From positions 56,825 through 120,824 of the forward strand of contig CAWAQY010000004.1 of assembly GCA_963784375.1 (NCBI GenBank): DNA of 64,000 nt. The letters run 5' to 3'. How positions within the stretch are numbered: the stretch's first letter is position 1; each line of letters starts with the position of its first letter. This DNA comes from an uncultured Chloroflexia bacterium (GTDB taxonomy: Bacteria > Chloroflexota > Dehalococcoidia > GIF9 > UBA5629). The notes below the pieces were generated by a model. It was given only the letters and a program-made list of their open reading frames with translations, had not been told where the DNA came from and searched no databases. Position numbers and translations under genes: made by a program. Of this stretch, positions 42,530 to 52,883 are shown one piece after another.

Positions 42530-42555
42530 AGTTCCATGGAATATGTTATGGAACT
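42530..42555 (+). promoter_or_regulatory. inverted repeat agttccat-N10-atggaact (contains palindrome ttccatggaa); candidate MarR operator
   Basis: A perfect 8-bp inverted repeat lies immediately downstream of the -10 element, in the MarR/molybdoenzyme divergent intergenic region. Confidence 0.45.
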
Positions 42556-42657
42556 TATCACAGGCAATATCATAAAGTGCTTGTTCGACTCATTATAGTT
42601 GAACTAATTAACAAGTGTTTATTACCAAAACATAGTCTCTAAGAGGAGTGAACTAAA

Positions 42658-45413
42658 ATGTCAGACAGAAAAAATGAGTTAAAGGCTCGACCTGAGGCTA
42701 TACCTGCTAAAGGATCAGAATCAGAGGGGGCGGAGAAGACATTCATAAAAGCACTCGGCCTTGGTGGTGTGGTTGGTGGAGGGGCTCCCTGCGCGGTTGA
42801 TGTTAAAGATGGAAAAATAGTCAGGATTAGACCGTTCCATTTTGACTGGAAATATGACAAGAAAGATTTCAATCCCTGGCAGATTAAGGCGCGGGGTAAA
42901 GTTCTTAACGCGATTTTAAAATCACAACCATCCCCTTTCTCCATGGCCTACAAGAAACGAGCTTTTTCTCCCAACAGAATTAAATATCCCTTGAAGAGGG
43001 TTGACTGGGACCCTAACGGCGAGAGAAATACCCAAAACCGTGGCAAGAGTAAATACGTCCGAATTTCGTGGGATGAAGCCACCGATATCGTCGCCAGTGA
43101 GCTAAAGAGAGTGCAAAAAAAATACGGGCCATATGCTGTTATGGCACAAATAGACGGACATGGGGAAAGTAAGTTATTGCATTTTCCTCATGGCTGTCCG
43201 GCATTGCTCCTTAGTAAGATGGGAGGTTTCACCCAGCAGGTAAGACAGCCGGATAGCTGGGAAGGCTGGTACTGGGGAGCAAAACATGTCTGGGGGGAGG
43301 GAAGTGTGGGTATGATGGACCCGGCGGACAATATGATAAATGATATATCGCAGAATAGCGACATGGTACTGTGGTGGGGAGGCGATCCGGAAACAACACA
43401 ATGGGGGATGACCGGGCAGACTGTGAGTCGTACATGCTATTTCTGGTCAGAAATTGGTATAAAACAGGTGTATATTTGCCCTGATCTGAACTACGGAGCC
43501 GCGATCCATGCCGATAAATGGATCCCTATACTGCCTAATACGGATGCTGCTCTGCAACTGGCAATTATATATATCTGGATAAAAGAAGGGACCTACGATA
43601 AGGAATACGTGGAAACACATTCCGTGGGTTTCGACAAAGTTCAAGCATATGTTATGGGTAATGAAGATGGAATTCCCAAAACACCTGAATGGGCATCTCC
43701 CAAATGCGGTGTCCCGGAATGGACAATCAAAGCCCTGGCGAGAGAGTTCGGCTGCCAAAACTACCTCAACGCCCATGCTGCTGGAGGTGGCATGATAAGG
43801 GGGCCATACTCGCATGAACCCTGCAGGTTGGAATGCATTCTACTGGGGATGCAGGGGCTGGGAAAGCCAGGAGTTCACCAGTTCCGAACAACTCAGGGAA
43901 AGCCCAGAGCTGATGTGCCTCATATCTGCTCGTTTACCATATCGCAAGTTCAGGGTGCGGTTGGGAAGAAGGATGACCCAAGAGCAAGATCTTCTTTTCC
44001 AGAGGTATGGTATTACAGCTACGGTTGGGCCGAGTACTAGCGAACCAATAAATCTCCCCATGCTTTCGCGGGTTACTCTCCAGTGCTTCACGAAACAGCA
44101 TATTCCCAAAGACTCTCATCCAGGAGGCGATACTTAATCCGCCTATCAGCTATTGGGGTACCGGAGCAATTATGGATGCAACTGAAGGCCAGTTCGTGAA
44201 ATATAACTATCCGATACCCAAAGAAGAAGGCGGCACAGAAATACACATGATATGGACCGATACCCCATGCAGGACTACCTGCTGGAATTGTGGTAACAAG
44301 ACATTGGAAGCAATGGAAAGCCCCAAGATTGAATGCATTGTCGCCCAGCACCAGTGGCTTGAGAACGATTGCCTGATTGCCGATATAATCCTGCCGGTTA
44401 GTACCACGTTAGAGGTAAATGATATCACGACCAACACCAGGTGGGGTGAGGATATCCAGAGTGCGGGACTTCAAAGGCAAGCCATTGGGCATGTCGGCGA
44501 GTCCTTGAGCGACTATGAGATTGTGCTGGAAATAGCCAAAAAGCTGGGACTTTATGAGGAGGTTTCGGGGGGTAAGTCCGAAGAAGAATGGATTAGGTAC
44601 ATTTTTGATGTACGTTTTAATTTATCAGAGCATCTCAGCTGGGAAGAATTCGAAAAGAAGAGTTACTATCCCTTTCCTACCGCCCCGGATTGGGAAAAGG
44701 ACCCGGCTGGCTTAATAAAGTTCTACAAGGACCCCGAAGCCAATCCCTTACCGACGCCGTCAGGTAAACTGGAGTTCTACTCCGAGAGATTAGCCAGGCA
44801 CTTTCCTGATGATAAGGAGAGGCAGCCCATACCGAAATGGATTGAAAGAGGGGAGACTCATGATGAAAGAATCTCCGGTGAAAGGGCTAAGAAGTATCCA
44901 CTGCTCATGATGTCCAACCACCCAAGGTGGAGAATGCATGCTCAGTGCGATGATATAAGTTGGACGAGGGAAGCCCCAACCTGTAAGGTGAAGGGTCCGG
45001 ATGGTTATATGTATGAGCCTCTCTGGATACACCCCTCAACTGCTGCGAAGAGAGGTATTAAGAATGGAGACATCGTCAATGCTTATAACGAGAGGGGAGG
45101 TGTCCTTTGCGGCGCCTATGTGAGTGAGAGAATAATGCCTGGGGTAGTATCTGTGGACCATGGGGCAAGGTGTGACTGGATAATATACGGAGAGCTTGAT
45201 AGAGGTGGTGCTATTAACCTCATAGCTCCAAATGCTGTAACCTCGAAGAATTGTAACGGACAGGCCACCAGCGGCTTCCTGGTTGAGGTTGAAAAGGTAA
45301 CCCTGGCCCAGATGGAAGAATGGAAGAATCGATATCCGGAAACCTTGAATAGAGAATATCACCCGGCTTCCGGACTACGCTTTAACGCCTGGGTTGAAGG
45401 AGGTATGGAATAA
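42658..45413 (+). CDS. molybdopterin (bis-MGD) oxidoreductase, pyrogallol-phloroglucinol transhydroxylase large-subunit (AthL)-like; at least 3 frameshifts between 43900 and 44170
   Basis: It aligns with Pelobacter acidigallici AthL along the whole length, with no N-terminal Fe-S motif and no Tat signal. Matching segments include WQIKARGK~WKIEARGK, DPNGERNTQNRG~DPNGERNPQLRG, RISWDEATDIVASEL, PDSWEGWYWGAKHVWG, DKEYVETHSVGFDKV...GIPKTPEWA, GMQGLGKPG and the C-terminal NGDIVNAYNERGGV~NGDLIRAYNDRGSV. Confidence 0.75.
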
Positions 45414-45621
45414 ATGAAAGTTTTTATTCATGATGTTTCTATCTGCAATGGAACATGTCAAAAGTTATGAGCTCAAAGCTTTTTAAAACAAGTCTTTATA
45501 AATTGCAGATTGTAAATGCATAAGAGTAAAGATATAATGTTAGTTGTTATAACTACCCTGGCTAAATCATCTGTACCACAATTTCTTTGAGCGGAGCTAA
45601 AGAGCGGAAAAGGGCCTTGCT

Positions 45622-46359
45622 TTGACAGACTCAAAAGATGAAGATATAAGAATCCGCGCTTCCGCTATTATCGAATTAGGCAAAACGAGGCAGCGAGAAG
45701 CCGTAAGACCATTAACCACCATTCTTGAGGACAAGGACGAGGTTGAATGGATAAGAGCGTGCGCAGCCATCGCCCTGGGAAGAATATCCGGTGATGAAGT
45801 AGTGCCTCCGTTATTACATGCCCTGCGAGAAGACAGCCCGATGGTATGCAGGTGTGCAATTGTGGCTTTGGGTGACACGAAAAACGAGCGAGCGATACAA
45901 CCCCTCAAAGAGATTCTTGAAAATGTCCTTAAGATAGACCTTCATGCCCTGACCATAAAAGTATTGGGGAATATCGGCGGTCCGGAAGTTACTTCACTAT
46001 TAATTCAGGCTTTGGAAAGTGCCAACAGCCAGGTCAGATGTAATGCTGCCTGGGCACTCGGTGAGCTTCGAATCAGGGATGCTGTTATTCCTTTGCTGAA
46101 GCTATTGAAGGATGATGATACGTGTCTGCGGGCAGTTGCCGCCTCTTCGTTAGGTTTGATAGGAGATAAACGAGCCGTCGAGCCATTAATAGAAACCTTA
46201 AGCGATGAGGCTGAGACGGTAAGGACAGTTGTGGTTTCCTCTTTAGGTTATCTTGGCGATAGACAGGCAATCGAACCACTTAATAAAGTTCTTGATGATA
46301 ATAGTCTGCAGGTACGGAGGCAAGTGGTTATATCTTTGGACAAACTCCAGACGGCATGA
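45622..46359 (+). CDS. HEAT-repeat (PBS-lyase-like) protein
   Basis: At least 6 repeats of the A.ALG...AV..L type are present. Confidence 0.7.
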   Translation: MTDSKDEDIRIRASAIIELGKTRQREAVRPLTTILEDKDEVEWIRACAAIALGRISGDEVVPPLLHALREDSPMVCRCAIVALGDTKNERAIQPLKEILENVLKIDLHALTIKVLGNIGGPEVTSLLIQALESANSQVRCNAAWALGELRIRDAVIPLLKLLKDDDTCLRAVAASSLGLIGDKRAVEPLIETLSDEAETVRTVVVSSLGYLGDRQAIEPLNKVLDDNSLQVRRQVVISLDKLQTA

Positions 46360-46432
46360 AAATCGATATCGGTAGACACAATAAATCCAGGATATTTGGC
46401 AATTGCCGAATATCAAAAAAGGAGCACGTATA

Positions 46433-47921
46433 ATGGATGACAGGAAATCGGAACTGGAGATGTTAGTTGGCAAAAAAAATGTTTTCGATGATCGGGAAAT
46501 GTTGGAACGTTATTCCAGGGACAATAGCTTTGCCGCTGCAATGTTGCCGGAGTTTGTGGTAAAACCGATCAATGGGGATACCATTCAGAAAATTGTCAAT
46601 TGGGCTAAAAAAACCAGGACACCTCTGATTCCAGTAAGCTCGGGGCCACCACACTTTCATGGCGGCACGGTCCCCGGCGTTTCCGGGAGTGTCGTCATCG
46701 ACCTCAGTGGAATGAAAAAGATTATTAAAGTTAACCGCCGAAACAGGTTAGCAATAATTGAGCCCGGTGTAACTTATGGCGAGCTACAGCCAGTATTGGC
46801 GAAGGAAAATATGCGGCTTTCTATGCCATTACTTCCACGGGCTAAAAAGTCCGTTATAGCCAGTTTATTGGAGCGCGAACCAAGGTTAAACTGCCGTTAC
46901 CAGTGGTCTTCACTTGATCCCTTGCGCTGTCTTGAAATTGTATGGGGTGATGGAAACAAGTTCTATTCAGGTGGAGTGGGCAGCTATCTATCGGTAGATA
47001 AAGAAGGTGATACAAATTTCGAAGAACAGTTTAAGCAGGAGAAATGGCAGGTAGACCCATCAGGTCCCGCACAAACTGATTTCTACAGGTTCCTTACAGC
47101 GGCCCAGGGGAGCATCGGAATTGCCACCTGGGCATCAGTGAAATGCGAGGTTTTACCCGAAATTCACAAGACTATTCTTTGTACCTGGTAAAAAGCTCGC
47201 TGATCTGATTGATTTCACTTACAAACTGCTCAGGTTCCGATATGCTGATGAGCTTTTTATAGTGAACGGAGTGAACCTGGCATATATGCTTGGGAATACC
47301 CCTGACCAAATCCAGACACTTAAGAAGCAATTTCCACCGTGGATTGCCATAGTCGGGTTAGCTGGCCGGACTGAGCTGCCAGTTGAACGAGTCGAGTTCC
47401 TCGAAAAAGACATCGCTGAAATCGCTAAACAATTCGGCCAAGAATTTGTACAAAAGATACCGGGAGTTGAAAGCTCAAAGGTGTTGGACTCGTTAATAGG
47501 TCAGCCTCGCGAACCTTATTGGAAACAGGGATATAAGGGAGGATGCCAGGATATCTTTTTCATCACCACCCTTGATAAAACGCCCGATTTCTTAAAGACA
47601 ATGTACTCGGTAGCAGAAACTTCAAGTTACCCGACTTCAGATATTGGCGTGTACATACAACCTCGGCATCAGGGTGCAAATTGTCATTGTGAGTTCAACT
47701 TACCTTACGTTCCCGACGAACGCGACGCATCCTCGATTAAGGCTCTCTTCATTAAAGCCAGCCAGGCGCTGTTGGATCAGGATGCATTTTTTACCCGGCC
47801 TTACGGTATCTGGGCTGAAATGGCCTTCAAACGAAATGACCAGAACACCCATTTACTAAAGAAAATAAAGGAAACCTTCGACCCTAACGGAATAATGAAT
47901 CCGGGAAAGTTGTGTTTTTAG
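46433..47921 (+). CDS. FAD-linked oxidase (FAD_binding_4, GlcD/D-lactate dehydrogenase-like); frameshift ~47190-47260
   Basis: The PCMH-type FAD domain is present (VVKPINGDTIQKIVNWAKKTRTPLIPVSSG...). The C-terminal motif FDPNGIMNPGKL is also present. Confidence 0.7.
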
Positions 47922-47973
47922 GTCTTCCTAACAATGTACGTTCCGAAAGTTAAAATCAAAAAGGAGGAATAAA

Positions 47974-49206
47974 ATGGCACTAGAAGATTACCGGGCTGAT
48001 AAGGAAAGATGCAGTCTCTGTTCTTACTGCAAATGGATTCCACAGGATAAGATCAAGAGCTGGAGGTTTGCTAAAGGCTGCCCCAGCATTGCCTACAGCA
48101 ATTTTAATTCTTATTCAGCACGAGGACGTTTTGCTGTTGCCCGTTCACTGCTGGACGGAAAAGCTGAATATACCGATAGAGTGCTGGATATAATTTATAA
48201 AGATTTGAGCTGCGGTTCCTGCGATGTAAGCGACAAGGTGTGCCGATATAACCTGGAGCCGCTGCAAAACATACTGGAACTAAAAGCCAGAGCTGTCATG
48301 GACGGTCAACTTCTGCCTCAGCATATCCCCATCATTGATAATCTCAAGAAAGAAGACACTATGATGCTGGGTATGGTTAAAGAGAAGCGCGGTGAATGGG
48401 CAAATGGTCTGGATGTCAAGGATCTTACTAAAGAGAAAGCTGAGATTGCCTTTTTTGCCGGCTGCCGGTTCAGTTATGACCAGGAGTTGTGGAAAGTGCC
48501 GCGGGCGGCGATAACTCTGTTTAAGAAAGCCGGGGTTGATATCGGGATTATGGGGCGTGATGAAAGCTGCTGTGGCGGCCGAGCTTACCAGATGGGCTAC
48601 CAGGGAGAATTCGTAAAATTTGCCGAAAATAATATCGAAGCCTGGAAAACAGCAGGAATAAAAACTGTTGTCACATCCTGCTCCGATGGCTACTATACCT
48701 TTAAGCGTCTCTATCCCAAGCTGGGCTCTAAAGTTGAAGTGCTGCATACCGTGGAGTTCGTCGAACGCCTCATCAAGCAAGGTAAATTAAAGTTCAAGCG
48801 GCCTGTTCCAATGACGGTAACCTATCATGACCCCTGCCATCTGGGCAGACAGGGAGAGCCATATGTTCCCTGGAACGGCAAGGAAAGGAAAATCTTCAAC
48901 CAGGTGGTGATATATGACCCGCCGAAGCCCAGGTATAATGGGGCCTGGGGAATTTACGACCCGCCCCGAGAAGTGCTTAAGAGCATCCCCGGTCTAAAGC
49001 TGGTGGAGATGGAAAGAATCAGGGAGTATGCCTGGTGCTGCGGTGCCGGTGGCGGTTGTATTGATGCCTATCCTGAGTTTTCCGACTGGACGGCCGGGGA
49101 AAGAATTGAGGAGGCAAAATCAACCGGAGCTGAAGCTATTGTAACCGCCTGTCCCTGGTGCGAACATAGTTTCATCGATGCTGTCAAGCGGATGGCGGGA
49201 AGATGA
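47974..49206 (+). CDS. Fe-S oxidoreductase with two CCG (Cys-rich) domains, HdrD/GlcF-like
   Basis: The N-terminus has CSLCSYC. Two CCG motifs are present (FFAGC...CCGG and YHDPCHLGR...CCGAGGGC). Confidence 0.75.
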   Translation: MALEDYRADKERCSLCSYCKWIPQDKIKSWRFAKGCPSIAYSNFNSYSARGRFAVARSLLDGKAEYTDRVLDIIYKDLSCGSCDVSDKVCRYNLEPLQNILELKARAVMDGQLLPQHIPIIDNLKKEDTMMLGMVKEKRGEWANGLDVKDLTKEKAEIAFFAGCRFSYDQELWKVPRAAITLFKKAGVDIGIMGRDESCCGGRAYQMGYQGEFVKFAENNIEAWKTAGIKTVVTSCSDGYYTFKRLYPKLGSKVEVLHTVEFVERLIKQGKLKFKRPVPMTVTYHDPCHLGRQGEPYVPWNGKERKIFNQVVIYDPPKPRYNGAWGIYDPPREVLKSIPGLKLVEMERIREYAWCCGAGGGCIDAYPEFSDWTAGERIEEAKSTGAEAIVTACPWCEHSFIDAVKRMAGR

Positions 49207-49324
49207 AGGTCTTTGATATTATCGAACTGGTCAGCAGGCGACGAATAGTTAGCAATCCAAAAGATTTGAAGTTTTAGTTTCGAGGTTATAGGATCAAAAC
49301 TTAAAGTGAGAAGAGAAAGGAGAA

Positions 49325-50894
49325 ATGGCTAATTCGAAAGAAATATATCAGGAATTCGAAGCCATCGTAGGACCGGACAACATTTCGGATGATCCCGCCG
49401 TGCTGGACACATATGTGACTCCTATGGCGCAGGCTCAGCATCATATGGGGCCGGTTTATGGTGTAACTACACCCAGAGGATTGGCTATTTTGATGCCCGG
49501 AAGCACAGAAGAAGTCCAGACGATAGTCAAAGTTTGTAACAAATACAAGATAAAATTCCATGCCGCCAGCACATTCTGGACATCACGCGCAAATATTTGT
49601 GATGACAATGCTATTACGCTGGATATGAGACGCATGGACCGGATTCTGGAGATAAATGAGAAGAACCAGTATGCCGTAATCGAGCCTTATGTGATCGGCG
49701 CCACGCTTCAGGCTGAGGCCATGAAGGTTGGTTTGAATACTACTATTATCGGTGCCGGCTCCAGCTGTTCTCCTCTGGCCAGTGCCTGCTCCAACGGCGG
49801 TCCATCGCCCTTTGCCCTATATGGCGGTCTTACCCGCGAGAATCTACTGTCTTTTGAATGGGTAATGCCGAACGGCGAGATTCTGAGGTCGGGGTCTCTG
49901 GGGAAGGGTTGGGCTGGTTTTGTGATGATGGGCCGGGCCTCGGTATTAGAGGACTAATGATGGGACCCAGGGAAGTATGGGAGCTATGGGCGTATTTACC
50001 AAATGCGCGATTAAGCTGTTTCCCTGGCCGGGGCCTGCCGGATTTCCCAGTGACGGAATAATCCCGGCTTATAAAGCCATGCTGCCACCTAATATCGTGG
50101 GACATACATTGGCCTGGCCATCCTGGGAAGCTTATGCCAACGGTCTTTACAGAATCTGGGATAGCGATATCAGCGGTTATTATTCTCACCGGCAATATAA
50201 TATGTTCGGCAGAGACCTCAAAGGGGCCATGATCAAAATCCTGGCCGACCCAACCAAGACACTTAACGACCTCGAGGAGCTGATGAAGGACCCGGAATTA
50301 CGCAGAAAAACAGAGGAGATGAAACGCGATTTTCAGATTATTCTGGCCGGTATGACGCAGAGGGATATCGAATGGCAGGAGAAAGTCCTGGACAAAATAC
50401 TGGCCGAGACCGGGGGCTGGAAAGCATCTCTGATGGAAGAAGCCGGTATTAAAGACTGGAGCCTGCTCTTCTTGCTCAGGTTGGGACATAAGAATTTGAA
50501 TTTTGTTTTTGCCGGCGGCTATGAAGGTTGTTTTGGGATTGGCGGAGTTCCGGATTATTCCTGCCCCAAAGTTGAAATGGCAGGTGAGTTCAAACGGAAA
50601 TGGGAACAGGAACACGACGCTTTCGTGGCGGCTGGAGGAGATTGTATGATGGGCGGTATGGGCGGTATCGGAGGCGGAGGGATAACCGCCTGGGAGAACT
50701 TCACTCATTTTGACTCACACGATGCAAAATCGGTGAAGGAAACACATGAATTTTTTGAAGCTACATCCAAGTTCGGCAAAGAAAACGGACTGGGCGCAAT
50801 GGAGAGAATGTACGCAATATCCAGGCGGGATGACGGCTACGGATTGACTAAAGAAGAGCAGGAGAAAAAGGCATCGGCTTCGGCAAGCCTTTAG
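49325..50894 (+). CDS. FAD-linked oxidase, VAO/PCMH-family-like (approx 520 aa); 2 frameshifts ~49900-49980
   Basis: The FAD_binding_4 domain is present (TPRGLAILMPGSTEEVQTIVKVCNKYKI...). A long C-terminal substrate domain follows. Confidence 0.65.
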
Positions 50895-51205
50895 CATACG
50901 AATACCAGTGGAAAATCAGGGAGTTTCTTGATCCTAATCATCTTGGCGATACCTATTACGTGACGCTAGAACCAAAATAAATAATAAAATTATTATAAGA
51001 AACGGGTTTACTAATTTAAACAATCCATCGGAATGTTACCTCCCTTTGCAAACCTTAAAATAATTGGTAGCGTTTTGGACACACTTCGAGGTTAAAACAA
51101 GAGAAGGAATCCGTGTTTCTAATTTGACCTAACTTGATTCGACCTTTTATCGGCGTGTGATAAAGAACGAAAGGACCCTATAATCATCTTGACGCTCGCC
51201 GTGCC

Positions 51206-51442
51206 TCAATTTAATGGTGACTTCTGTTGTCTTTCCCACTTTTCGAAAATGGCCTGAGCAACCCAGGTTGCTACCGGAAGCCCAAGAATGGTGGCTGCAC
51301 CTCGCGCTACTCTCCATGCGAGGATGGGCAGATTCTTGATGTGGATATCTGTTGTTGGTCCGTTCTTTTTGATTTTGAGCTTCTCCATGCGAAGTCCTAA
51401 AGCGGGTGACGAAGTATCTGTTAGTGTATGTAATGGTTTCAT
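51206..51442 (-). CDS. ribbon-helix-helix (Arc/CopG/FitA-like) antitoxin-type protein, orphan
   Basis: The segment TDIHIKNLPILAWRVARGAATILGLPVATWVAQAIFE resembles the LHIRNLPDEL... RHH family. Confidence 0.35.
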   Translation of the reverse strand: MKPLHTLTDTSSPALGLRMEKLKIKKNGPTTDIHIKNLPILAWRVARGAATILGLPVATWVAQAIFEKWERQQKSPLN

Positions 51443-51682
51443 ATCAATGATCTCGTCGTATTGTTGACAACTGTTACGGTGACTTAATCATGCCATTTTT
51501 TAATCTCATTTCTTATTATCATAAGGCATGACTATGGAAATATAATTAAGATTTTGTGAAATTTATATGGAATTCGCTAGAAACAAAGCCTGGCCAGTGG
51601 ATTTAGGAACCTTGGAAACTTAATAATGATTTTGGTGATAAAACTGGCTTGTAGCACAACGGTGTTAACTGATAAAACGCTG

Positions 51683-52693
51683 CTACCACTCAATAGTATC
51701 AATTTGTTTAACAATACCCATGCTAGCCCAAATAGAAGGCAACCCTGGCTGCGGGAAAAGGCTTCTGGCTATGTAATCTTTCCCGGTTACCACATCAACG
51801 ATTTTGTCTGCATTAATACCAGGTCTGAAATCAGTACAGTCAATATATACCAAGCCATGGTCAATAGTTTGGAATGCATTGAGAGCGTGCCCACCGCCGG
51901 TAGGATTACTTTTGCTTGGTCCCACCTGAATACAAACATACGCCGCTCTAATCCCCGCGGACTCCGCATCGTTATGAACTCTTTCAGCAAAATCAGCGCA
52001 AACAAATTTCCCCAAAACGTAAGGAATTTGATCGGTATTATCTTTATAAAGGAAAGATTTTAGTTGCTCCCAGGTTGGATTGGAGGCACCGGGATTATTC
52101 TTGAGTATTATGAGATGCCCATCCGCACCTGCTACCACACCTCTGGTTACACGAACATATTCTTCATTTGGTTTTAAAGTATTACTATTTGTGGGATTTT
52201 GAGCGGACTCGTATGTGGTCTGCGCCTGTTGAGATATGGTTATAGTAACCTGGGGCATATTTTGTATCGTTGGAGGAAGACTTGCTGCATTTTGATTCTT
52301 ATTGGCATCAACAACAGCGAAATCTGCCCTATTTACAACCAGATCGACATTTTCAGTGATCTTCCCTCCAGTACTTAATACATCATTTACCACATCATCA
52401 TTTGAAATGATTAAAGAGACCGAAGCCAATGCTACTACACTCAGTACCGTGCAAAGTATCAAGGCTTTTGAGATAATCCCCAAATTTACTCGTTCAGTAG
52501 TATTGTTTTCATTTGGCCTACCAAACAAGTTCGGCGTTTTTAGCTTATAGGTATCATTTAGTTGGCCAATAGTAAATCTCATTTTACAATAGGGATTAAT
52601 GCATTCGTATAATCCCCAGTTAGGGTTAAACCAGAGCGACGCGTTGCCGCAATTTAGACATCTACAGTTACTCATCATTTCCTTGCCCCTCAA
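51683..52693 (-). CDS. zinc-ribbon + TM + transglutaminase-like cysteine-protease-domain protein
   Basis: The N-terminus has a zinc ribbon (CRCLNCG...CINPYC), followed by a TM helix. The C-terminus has the transglutaminase-like core (VCADFAERVHNDAESAGIRAAYV...GGGHALNAF...IDCTD), which supplies a Cys-His-Asp triad. Confidence 0.55.
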   Translation of the reverse strand: MRGKEMMSNCRCLNCGNASLWFNPNWGLYECINPYCKMRFTIGQLNDTYKLKTPNLFGRPNENNTTERVNLGIISKALILCTVLSVVALASVSLIISNDDVVNDVLSTGGKITENVDLVVNRADFAVVDANKNQNAASLPPTIQNMPQVTITISQQAQTTYESAQNPTNSNTLKPNEEYVRVTRGVVAGADGHLIILKNNPGASNPTWEQLKSFLYKDNTDQIPYVLGKFVCADFAERVHNDAESAGIRAAYVCIQVGPSKSNPTGGGHALNAFQTIDHGLVYIDCTDFRPGINADKIVDVVTGKDYIARSLFPQPGLPSIWASMGIVKQIDTIEW

Positions 52694-52883
52694 TGATATT
52701 CTGCTTTTGTGAAGGCGAGTTTACTTCAGGTTGCCACCAAAATAGAGTTCCACACTTCCTGCAGAGTTTATCACCCGGGATAACTGGATACATGCATTCA
52801 GGGCAGATATAGTTTTCTTGCATTTTATTCTTACCGATAGTTATCTTCCGACTGAAATATATGTTTACTTCACTTTTTTGCAT
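52668..52883 (-). CDS. double zinc-ribbon small protein
   Basis: The pattern YICPECMYPVIPGDKLCRKCG is present. The real start is probably the internal M (MQENY). Confidence 0.5.
   Translation of the reverse strand: MQKSEVNIYFSRKITIGKNKMQENYICPECMYPVIPGDKLCRKCGTLFWWQPEVNSPSQKQNIIEGQGNDE

Noticed and set aside
43174-44437. Several antisense ORFs (75-122 aa) inside the molybdoenzyme gene, and the plus-strand 43814-44137 ORF
   Set aside because: The antisense ORFs are shadow ORFs. The plus-strand 43814-44137 ORF is the middle segment of the same AthL-like gene, read in a shifted frame (QHIPK... continues as ...LIQEAIL in the next frame). It is not an independent gene.
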